Source of the DNA: Candidatus Omnitrophota bacterium | GTDB lineage: Bacteria; Omnitrophota; Gorgyraeia; Gygaellales; Profunditerraquicolaceae | NCBI GenBank assembly: GCA_028712375.1 | Contig: JAQTQG010000001.1 | Coordinates: 46,126 to 110,125 of the forward strand | Reading direction: 5' to 3' | DNA length: 64,000 bases | Part shown: positions 56,994-64,000 of the stretch, piece by piece | Position numbering within the stretch: the stretch's first letter is position 1 | Layout: each line of letters begins with the position of its first letter | Notes under the pieces: generated by a model | Databases searched by the model: none | The model's input: only the letters and a program-made list of their open reading frames with translations | What the model was told of the DNA's origin: nothing | Program-made: the position numbers and the translations under genes

Positions 56994-58202
56994 ATGGAAA
57001 CGATTAAACGTAGCACATGTCGACTTTGTGGGGGAACTCAGTTACGCCCGGTATTTTCAATCGGGGATCAGTATATCAATGATTTTGTCCCTTTGGAAAG
57101 AGTGGGAAAAGGTTTAAAAGCTCCCTTGGATATGGTTGTGTGCGGGAAATGTTCTTTGCTGCAGCTTTTACATACTGCCCCGCAGGAGCTTTTGTATTCC
57201 CGTTACTATTGGTACCGCTCCGGAGTTACCGATACCATGCGCGGCGCCTTGCGCAATATTACTGAAGAGATAGAGTCAATGGTTGATTTAAAGGCTGGGG
57301 ATGTTGTCCTGGATATCGGCGCTAATGACGGGACTATGCTCAAGAGTTTTACAGCAAAAGGAATTCATCGTGTTGGCTGCGAGCCGGCTAATAATCTTGT
57401 TGAGTCTTTAAAAGAGAATGCTGATTATGTGATGAATGATTTCTGGAGCTATGAACGGTATATGGAATTGGCCAAAGGATGGAAGATTGGAAAAGCTAAA
57501 GTAATTACTGCTATTGGCATGTTCTATGATTTGGAAGACCCCAATAAATTTATTAGGGACGCTCAACAGGCATTAACTGAAGACGGTATTTTTGTTGCTC
57601 AGCTGATGTGTCTTACTCCGATGCTTAATAAAAATGATTTGGGGAATATTTGCCATGAGCATCTGGAATATTATTCTCTTGATTCTTTGAAATATCTTTT
57701 CGAAAAAAACGGATTGGAAATGTTTAAGATTGAAGAAAATGATGTAAATGGCGGAAGTTACCGTATATTTGCCCGGCAATATAAAGGCACAGGTATTGCG
57801 TATAATGAAAAGGTTACTCTGGAAGATATTTTAGCGTTTGCCAGCCGTATTCAAAAAAACCGTGAAAAATGCGTGGAATTTATCAAGGCAGAGGTTAAAA
57901 AAGGAAAGACCGTTTATGTCTATGGAGCTTCCACTAAGGGTAATGTTATCCTACAGTATTATGGCCTGGATAACAGTATTATTACTGCGGCTGCTGAGCG
58001 CAGCCCGCAGAAGTGGGGTAAATATACGATCGGCACCTGGATCCCTATTGTATCTGAAGAAGAAGCCAGGCGCGCCCAGCCGGATTATTTTTTGGTTTTG
58101 CCTTGGGCATTCTTTAACGAATTTTATGAGAGGGAAAAGCAATGGCGGCAGCGGGGAGGGAAATTTATTGTGCCATTGCCTGAATTTCGGGTAGTTGCAT
58201 GA
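56994..58202 (+). CDS. NDP-sugar C-methyltransferase (Zn-ribbon + SAM MT + C-methyltransferase C-terminal domain; TylCIII/NovU-like architecture)
   Basis: N-terminal CRLCGG...CGKC zinc ribbon; MT motif VLDIGANDG; 402 aa. Confidence 0.6.
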   Translation: METIKRSTCRLCGGTQLRPVFSIGDQYINDFVPLERVGKGLKAPLDMVVCGKCSLLQLLHTAPQELLYSRYYWYRSGVTDTMRGALRNITEEIESMVDLKAGDVVLDIGANDGTMLKSFTAKGIHRVGCEPANNLVESLKENADYVMNDFWSYERYMELAKGWKIGKAKVITAIGMFYDLEDPNKFIRDAQQALTEDGIFVAQLMCLTPMLNKNDLGNICHEHLEYYSLDSLKYLFEKNGLEMFKIEENDVNGGSYRIFARQYKGTGIAYNEKVTLEDILAFASRIQKNREKCVEFIKAEVKKGKTVYVYGASTKGNVILQYYGLDNSIITAAAERSPQKWGKYTIGTWIPIVSEEEARRAQPDYFLVLPWAFFNEFYEREKQWRQRGGKFIVPLPEFRVVA

Positions 58203-58642
58203 AGTTGATTCCTGCCCATGCATATTCAAGGATGATTAAAGCGCTGCCTATATTGTGTGTTGATGTAGTGATTCGGAATAATAAAGGTGAATATTTATTG
58301 ATCCGGCGGGCAAATGAGCCTTTAAAAAATCGATGGTGGGTGGTTGGCGGCAGAGTATTAAAAGGCGAAACATTAGAAAAAGCAGCGATAAGAAAAGTTA
58401 AACAAGAAACCGGGCTTGTGGTTAAATCTGCCCAGCCGATCGGTTTTTATGAGGATGTTTTTGAAAAAAATCATTGTTGTAAGTCGCCCTTGCATTCTGT
58501 GAGCGTGGTTTTTTCAGTAAAAATCGGCCAGGATTGGAAAATAAGATTAGATAAGCAGAGTTGGAATTTTAAATTTTCATTAAGCTTGCCCAAAAGGCTC
58601 GTTATAAAACCGTTTATTAAAAAGTTAAATAGTCAACATTAA
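58199..58642 (+). CDS. NUDIX hydrolase, GDP-mannose mannosyl hydrolase (Gmm/NudD)-like
   Basis: Nudix-box-like GGRVLKGETLEKAAIRKVKQETGL; 147 aa; sits between GDP-sugar genes. Confidence 0.55.
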   Translation: MKLIPAHAYSRMIKALPILCVDVVIRNNKGEYLLIRRANEPLKNRWWVVGGRVLKGETLEKAAIRKVKQETGLVVKSAQPIGFYEDVFEKNHCCKSPLHSVSVVFSVKIGQDWKIRLDKQSWNFKFSLSLPKRLVIKPFIKKLNSQH

Positions 58643-58667
58643 TAAAACTGGAAGAGGTAAAATAAAA

Positions 58668-59657
58668 ATGAAAAAAGCTTTAATTTTCGGGGTTACCGGA
58701 CAGGATGGAAGTTATCTGGCGGAAGTTTTATTGGATAAAGGGTATGAGGTGCATGGGATGGCCAGGCGTTCGGCAACAGGTAATACTAAGAATATTGAAC
58801 ACCTGCTGCAGGATGTAAAAATATTTAATAAGAAGTTTTTTCTTTGCCGGGGAGATTTAGCGGATGCGACATCTCTTTATCGTATAATTAATTCAGTCCG
58901 GCCGCAGGAAATATATAATGAGGCGGACCAGGACCATGTCAGCTGGAGTTTTGATATGGTGGGGTATTCGGCGGATATTACCGGCTCGGCTGTCGGCCGT
59001 ATCCTGGAAATTATCAAACAGATTGATCCTTCCATACGTTATTTTCAACCCTGTACTTCTAATATGTTCGGCAAGGCTGAGGTTACTCCTCAAACAGAGT
59101 TAACTCCTTTTAACCCGCAGAGTACTTATGCCTGCGCTAAGATTTTTGCTTATCATCTGACCCGTTATTATCGTGAAGCTTTTGGTATTTTTGCATCCAC
59201 GGGGATATTTTATAATCATGAATCCCCCCGCAGGACGCAGGAATATGTTACGCGTAAAATTACTAAAGCAGTAGCGCGGATTGCCTGCGGAAAACAGGAT
59301 AAATTGGTCCTGGGAGATTTAAGCGCGCGCGTTGACTGGGGTTATTCAAAAGAATATATGGAAACTGCCTGGAAGATTTTACAGTTGGATAAGCCCGATG
59401 ATTTCGTCATTGCTACCGGAGAACTGCATTCGGTTAAGGAGTTTGTGGATGAAGCTTTTTCCGTGGTTAATCTTGACCCGGAAAAATATGTTTCTACTGA
59501 TAAAAGTTTGCTGCGCCCGACTAAAACCAGCGCGCTCATCGGTGATATTGCCAAAGCAAAGAAGGTTTTTGGGTTTGCGCCGAAAATCAAGTTTAAAGAA
59601 TTAGTAAAATTAATGGTAGAAGCGGATCTTCAGAAAGAAAAAAGCAGCCAAAAATAG
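58668..59657 (+). CDS. Gmd-family SDR paralog with an altered active site (catalytic Glu lost); candidate GDP-4-keto-6-deoxyhexose reductase (Rmd-like)
   Basis: ALIFGVTGQDGSYLA; has CTSNMFG where Gmd has STSELYG; retains YACAKIF (YxxxK). Confidence 0.65.
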   Translation: MKKALIFGVTGQDGSYLAEVLLDKGYEVHGMARRSATGNTKNIEHLLQDVKIFNKKFFLCRGDLADATSLYRIINSVRPQEIYNEADQDHVSWSFDMVGYSADITGSAVGRILEIIKQIDPSIRYFQPCTSNMFGKAEVTPQTELTPFNPQSTYACAKIFAYHLTRYYREAFGIFASTGIFYNHESPRRTQEYVTRKITKAVARIACGKQDKLVLGDLSARVDWGYSKEYMETAWKILQLDKPDDFVIATGELHSVKEFVDEAFSVVNLDPEKYVSTDKSLLRPTKTSALIGDIAKAKKVFGFAPKIKFKELVKLMVEADLQKEKSSQK

Positions 59658-59658
59658 A

Positions 59659-61227
59659 ATGGATAAGCAGCAATTTGAATTTTCAGTCAAAATTTTTAAC
59701 CAACTGGGAGAATCCCGGCTGAAGTCAGGCAGGACTTTGCGGGAAGAGCTATGCTTGGGGCAGGAAATATCCTTTTGGGATATTTTAGCTCCTTACTTAG
59801 TGCTTTACCGTTTTCCTCTGTTATTTCTTAAAAATAATCAAAACTTTACGGTAAAAGAATGGTGGAAGTATTATCTGCGGCCTTTTAGGGGGCGGGTTGC
59901 GCAATTTATGGATTCGGCGATTTTTTATTTCTGCAGGAATGTTAAAGATTGTTTACGTTGGCCGGCAGGCAGGCAACCAGTATTGTTCCTGGCTTTTACT
60001 CAAACATTTTATCGTGATGTTTTGCATCCGGTAACGGAATTCTTTATTAAGAAAGACAGCAGACAGGTTGTGGTGCTTGAGCATAACAGAAGTCTTCCGG
60101 ACAATTTTAGCCCGGATAGCAAAATAGAATTTCAATCACTTTGCGGGCATTGGGGAATTGAAGCCAATAATTTAGGTAAAAATTTGTTAGAGCGGCTCAA
60201 GGCTCTGCAAAAATCCCTATTGAATAAAAATCAGCTAATGGTATTAACGCAAAGTGTTTCCGGGGATTTTAGCAAGTTTGCTTTACGCCAAGAGTTTTAT
60301 TGGATTTTTTGGCGTGAACTAAGGCGTTTAATTCCTATGTACGCTGTGGCTAAGCATATTTTGGAAGAACATAAGCCTGCTTTGATTGTTTCTGCGGATG
60401 ATGCTGACCAGCGTCATAGAATTTTTTCTTTGCTTGCCCGGAAAAAAGGAATTCCGGCTTTACTTGTACAGCAGGGCCTTTGTCATAAAGATTATCCGGA
60501 GTGGTTATTTTTTTCTCATACTATGGTCGCTGCTATGGGGCAGGCTTCGGCAGATGATATGATTTCGCAAGGTGTTCCTCCTGAAAAAATTATGGTTACC
60601 GGCAATCCTGGATTCGACCAGTTTAGCTTTATTGAGCCTGAGGCTGTTGCGTTTTTGCGTAAACGGCTAGGGGTGTTGGATAATGAAAAGATGGTATTGT
60701 TTGCCTGCCAGCCATATTATGTTGGAGTTTTTAATACCCCCCAGATACGCAGCCAAATGATTGAGGCGATTGCTCAGGCAGCGGGTTCTTTAAAGAACAT
60801 TAAACTTGTGGTTAAGCCGCATCCGGCTGATAATGTGCGTCAGCTTAAAAAGTTATTGGATAAATCGCCGCAGGCAGTTATGGTAGACCGTAAGATGGAT
60901 ATTTCGCCTTTGATTAAAGCCTGTGACGTTCTAGTCACTTTTTTTTCAACTGCAGCTTTACAGGCGCTTTATGCCGGTAAGCCGGTTATCAATGTAGAAT
61001 TCCCGGATAGTTCCGGCAATAATATTTATTCTGAAAGCGGAGCAACCCGGGTAGCTCGTTCGACTGGTGAAATTATTAAGTGTCTCCAGGATTTAATTCA
61101 ATACAGGGTTGAGGATCCTGGATACGAAACTAACCGTCAGCTTTTTTTACGTAAAATGCTGCATTTTCCCGATGGGTTAGCTAGCGAGCGTGTTTTAAAG
61201 GTTGTTGCAGAAATGTTATCATCTTAA
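59659..61227 (+). CDS. hypothetical polysaccharide-biosynthesis protein (possible GT-B-like; VKPHP motif reminiscent of glycerophosphotransferase/capsule-synthesis enzymes)
   Basis: 522-aa ORF, no TM segments, alpha/beta composition; weak assignment. Confidence 0.3.
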   Translation: MDKQQFEFSVKIFNQLGESRLKSGRTLREELCLGQEISFWDILAPYLVLYRFPLLFLKNNQNFTVKEWWKYYLRPFRGRVAQFMDSAIFYFCRNVKDCLRWPAGRQPVLFLAFTQTFYRDVLHPVTEFFIKKDSRQVVVLEHNRSLPDNFSPDSKIEFQSLCGHWGIEANNLGKNLLERLKALQKSLLNKNQLMVLTQSVSGDFSKFALRQEFYWIFWRELRRLIPMYAVAKHILEEHKPALIVSADDADQRHRIFSLLARKKGIPALLVQQGLCHKDYPEWLFFSHTMVAAMGQASADDMISQGVPPEKIMVTGNPGFDQFSFIEPEAVAFLRKRLGVLDNEKMVLFACQPYYVGVFNTPQIRSQMIEAIAQAAGSLKNIKLVVKPHPADNVRQLKKLLDKSPQAVMVDRKMDISPLIKACDVLVTFFSTAALQALYAGKPVINVEFPDSSGNNIYSESGATRVARSTGEIIKCLQDLIQYRVEDPGYETNRQLFLRKMLHFPDGLASERVLKVVAEMLSS

Positions 61228-61231
61228 AAGA

Positions 61232-62677
61232 ATGAAATTAAGCTTAGCAGGAAAAAATTTTATTTTGCCCGGTAAAATGCAATTATTTCTAAGTTGTATA
61301 GCAGCAGGGGCTGCTGCTTATCTTGCTTTTTTTTGCAATCTGCAGCTCTTGCAGGTAATTACGATAGCTTCAGGCTTATTTTTGGCAGGTTTAGCTTTTA
61401 AATCCGATAAGACCTGGATCCCTATCTTGTTTATTTTATTGCCCATGAGAGGTTTTCAGTTGGGCAGTGTTTGGGGGGCAGGGGCAATCAGGGCAGGGGA
61501 TATCTTTATTGCGTATATATTCTTATTGTGGTTATTTAAATATGCCCATAAAGATAAGCCGGGTAATTTTATCAGGTCTAAGCTGGATTTATTTATAGTA
61601 TTATTCCTTGTTTTTTATATGCTTTCCTTATTTTGGTCCAGCAAGATCGACTTAGGTTTAATTCGAGTTATGAAATTTATCCGTAATTTTTGTTTTTTCC
61701 TATTAATCCGGGAGTTGTTTATTAAAGATTTCCGTGATAACTATAAAAAATTAGTCATTTGTTCTATGGTGATGGGGTTAGCGGTGGGGTTAGTGTACCT
61801 TTTTTCGATCTTTAAAGATGTAACCCCGTTACAGTTTAATTCACTTTATGAGAAAGAAGTATTGACTTCTATTGACCTGGGATTTTGGAGAAAACGCATT
61901 ACCGGAGGAGGGATTTTTCTTAACGGAGCCAGTAACTTTTTGATGTTATCAGGAGTATTTATTTTTGGCTCGCTTGTCTTAGCGCAGAATAAATTTAAGC
62001 GTTGGCTAAAAATAGTTCTAATTATATTTATGTTTTCGGTAGCATCTATAGGAACATTGTCCCGTTCGGCAATGGTGAGTGTGGCTTTAATACTGGTTAT
62101 TTTGTTAGTCGGTAATTATAAAATTAATTTGAAGCAAAATAAAAGATTTTTTATTAGTATTGTTTTGTTTTTTGCGATTGTGATTTTTTCTTTAGGTGTA
62201 CATAAGCTTGTTTTGAAGAGATTTGTTAATCCGTTTCAGGACGGTTCTTGGGCTCAAAGGGTAGATTTAGCTAAGGTGGCGCTTAAGGGTTTCTGGCATA
62301 GCCCGGTTATCGGAATAGGCCCGGGGAGTAATTTTACCTGGCAGTCACTTTATGCTGAGCAGGTTGCTTCACGGGTTCCGGATAATTTGTATTTGAATAT
62401 TCTAAGTGAAGTGGGGGCGGTGGGTTTTCTTTTGTTCTTAGTGATAATATTTTTATGGTTGGAATGTCTTATAAAATGCATGCAAGATAGGGACGCGGAT
62501 ATTTATCTGCGCAATATTTGTCTTGCGATTTTTGCTTTTGGTTTAAGTTATCTTTTGGCAGCATTAATCAGCCAGGAATTCGAATCTTTTGAAGCCTGGA
62601 TTATGCTAGGAATTACATCTGCCATATGTAGTATCCGGGCAAGAAGTAAAGAACTGTCTGTGCAAGGGGCTAGCTAA
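61232..62677 (+). CDS. Wzy_C-family membrane protein (O-antigen polymerase, ligase or O-oligosaccharyltransferase family)
   Basis: 10+ TM helices; large periplasmic loop containing RVPDNLYLNILSEVGAVGF, resembling the O-antigen ligase motif with Asp in place of His; an alternative start at 61202 is possible. Confidence 0.5.
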   Translation: MKLSLAGKNFILPGKMQLFLSCIAAGAAAYLAFFCNLQLLQVITIASGLFLAGLAFKSDKTWIPILFILLPMRGFQLGSVWGAGAIRAGDIFIAYIFLLWLFKYAHKDKPGNFIRSKLDLFIVLFLVFYMLSLFWSSKIDLGLIRVMKFIRNFCFFLLIRELFIKDFRDNYKKLVICSMVMGLAVGLVYLFSIFKDVTPLQFNSLYEKEVLTSIDLGFWRKRITGGGIFLNGASNFLMLSGVFIFGSLVLAQNKFKRWLKIVLIIFMFSVASIGTLSRSAMVSVALILVILLVGNYKINLKQNKRFFISIVLFFAIVIFSLGVHKLVLKRFVNPFQDGSWAQRVDLAKVALKGFWHSPVIGIGPGSNFTWQSLYAEQVASRVPDNLYLNILSEVGAVGFLLFLVIIFLWLECLIKCMQDRDADIYLRNICLAIFAFGLSYLLAALISQEFESFEAWIMLGITSAICSIRARSKELSVQGAS

Positions 62678-62692
62678 CTTTAGTTGTTATCT

Positions 62693-64000
62693 ATGAAAAG
62701 TAAACATATCTATATCCTGCTTTTGATCATCCTTGGTTTGGGGGCTTTATTAAGATTCTACCAGTTAGGTGCAAAGAGCCTGTGGACGGATGAATTGGCT
62801 ACTATGGTAAATACTGCTAACATTGTTGATTTTAAGACCTTTCTTGAACATACCGTTAATGATGACCTGCCGAAATTTTATTCTTTGCTTTTAAAATTTT
62901 GGATAACTTTGGGTAATTCAGAGTTTTTTATGCGCGCACTTTCTGTTATATTCGGGATTTTATCAATATGGGTAGTTTATGTTTTAAGCCGGTTATTTTT
63001 CGATGCGAAAGCGTCTCTTTCTGCGGCCTTCTTGACTGCCATTTCACCGTTTCTTTTACTTTATGACCGTGAAATCCGTGTTTATTCCTTGTTCACTCTG
63101 CTTTCTTTGTTGGCTACCTATTTATTTGTTAAATCTATAAGGGATAATAAAAAATATCTCTGGCTACTTTTTACAGCCGTCAGCATATTGAATGTTTATA
63201 CCCACTATTATGCTTTTTTAACTTTGGGAGTACAGTGGTTGTTTCTGATCATCCGTAAGCGCAGTTATCGGCAGTTGGTTAAACCTTGGCTTATTGCAAA
63301 CTGTACCATATTTTTATTTTTTATGGTGAGGATGATGGCATTTATTAAGGATATCGCGTATTTTGCCCCTTGGGCAATACCTAGGGAGAGATTCCCGTTT
63401 ATTTTTACCAAAGAAATTGTTGAAATTTTTTATATCTTTTTTTCATTCACTGTTGGCCAAACGATAATGCCCTGGAATTTTTATGCTGTGCCTATCTTAT
63501 TGGTTACTATAGCTTGTTTTGTTTTAGGTATAAGAAAAAATAGTTCCTTAGCCCGGGAATCGCTTTATCTGTTGTTGTTAATATTTGTTCCGGTACTGAT
63601 TGGGGTGGTTTTTAGGATTTCTTTACCGAGATATTTTATGTTTATTGCTCCGCTTGTTTATATTTTTATTGCTAAAGGAATTTGGGTGCTTCCTAAAAAA
63701 GTCATGGTCATAGCCGGATTAGTGATTATCCTCGGGTGGGGTTATGGCTTAAAAAATTATTATACCGATAAAGAATTTCATTTTTTAGGCAGCGTAGATC
63801 CCTGGAGAGAAGTAGGGGGTTATTTAAAGGAGAATGTGCGGGAGAAAGATGCCTTGTATTGTTTGGGGTTAGGCGTAGTTCCTTTGCGCCATTATTATAA
63901 TAGTTCGATACCGGGTTTTGAGGGTCCGGGGTTAATTAAGAAATTAGAGAGTTTGGATAAAGCCGGTACTAAAAGGATTTGGTTAATTTTTACATATCAG
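62693..64000 (+). CDS. GT-C glycosyltransferase (GT39/GT83, ArnT/PMT-like), 3' end beyond the window
   Basis: ATG at 62693 with the ORF open to the window end; N-terminus MKSKHIYILLLIILGLGALLRFYQLGAKSLWTDE is typical of the ArnT/PMT family; multiple TM helices. Confidence 0.6.
   Translation, partial: MKSKHIYILLLIILGLGALLRFYQLGAKSLWTDELATMVNTANIVDFKTFLEHTVNDDLPKFYSLLLKFWITLGNSEFFMRALSVIFGILSIWVVYVLSRLFFDAKASLSAAFLTAISPFLLLYDREIRVYSLFTLLSLLATYLFVKSIRDNKKYLWLLFTAVSILNVYTHYYAFLTLGVQWLFLIIRKRSYRQLVKPWLIANCTIFLFFMVRMMAFIKDIAYFAPWAIPRERFPFIFTKEIVEIFYIFFSFTVGQTIMPWNFYAVPILLVTIACFVLGIRKNSSLARESLYLLLLIFVPVLIGVVFRISLPRYFMFIAPLVYIFIAKGIWVLPKKVMVIAGLVIILGWGYGLKNYYTDKEFHFLGSVDPWREVGGYLKENVREKDALYCLGLGVVPLRHYYNSSIPGFEGPGLIKKLESLDKAGTKRIWLIFTYQ

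Noticed and set aside
57838-58229. ORFs 57838-58194 (+, 118 aa) and 57951-58229 (-, 92 aa)
   Set aside because: Overlap the C-methyltransferase reading frame; alternate-frame artefacts.

Overview
This 64 kb window comes from a diderm (Gram-negative-type) bacterium with moderate-to-low GC. Every credible gene lies on the + strand and most are tightly packed with overlapping start and stop codons. I found no tRNA or rRNA genes, CRISPR arrays, transposases or integrases. From 5' to 3' the window contains the following.

- **0.5-8.2 kb:** a DEAD-box RNA helicase with a long leader, then a TolC/HlyD/ABC efflux system resembling E. coli ybhGFSR. Its ATPase is split into two genes, and a 47-bp tandem repeat separates the two permease genes.
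- **8.2-12.9 kb:** an MFS transporter, followed by a nickel/cobalt module: nikR, an outer-membrane beta-barrel, cbiM/nikM and a cbiN-like gene, then hldD (ADP-heptose epimerase).
- **13.0-21.7 kb:** a glycine-cleavage and lipoylation operon (gcvT-gcvH-gcvPA-gcvPB-lipM-lipA) and thyX. ThyX is followed by the ECF T and A components; the ATPase carries a His-rich tail, and a small cupin gene follows it.
- **21.9-27.8 kb:** a type IV pilus cluster with three paralogous pilins and pilMNOPQ.
- **27.8-39.1 kb:** RNase G, then housekeeping genes rplU, obg, proB, proA, nadD, rpe, a phosphomannomutase-type enzyme, plsC, rpsA and tyrS.
- **39.2-64 kb:** a ~25 kb surface-glycan locus. It combines dTDP-sugar genes (rmlA, rmlB and an rmlD-like gene), a CMP-nonulosonic-acid module (neuA-like, neuB-like, an acetyltransferase and a CBS-fused aminotransferase) and GDP-deoxyhexose genes (two Gmd paralogs, a cupin, an aminotransferase, a methyltransferase, a C-methyltransferase and a Gmm-like NUDIX hydrolase).

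The glycan locus also holds Wzz, Wzx and Wzy_C-family proteins, a radical SAM enzyme, a Gfo/Idh/MocA oxidoreductase, a SemiSWEET-like mini-transporter and a terminal GT-C (GT39/ArnT-like) glycosyltransferase. That last gene runs off the window end. The most interesting candidates are the composite glycan locus, which may glycosylate the Thr-rich pilins, the radical-SAM/oxidoreductase pair, the Gmd paralog whose catalytic Glu is lost, and the split NikR-linked Ni/Co ECF system.
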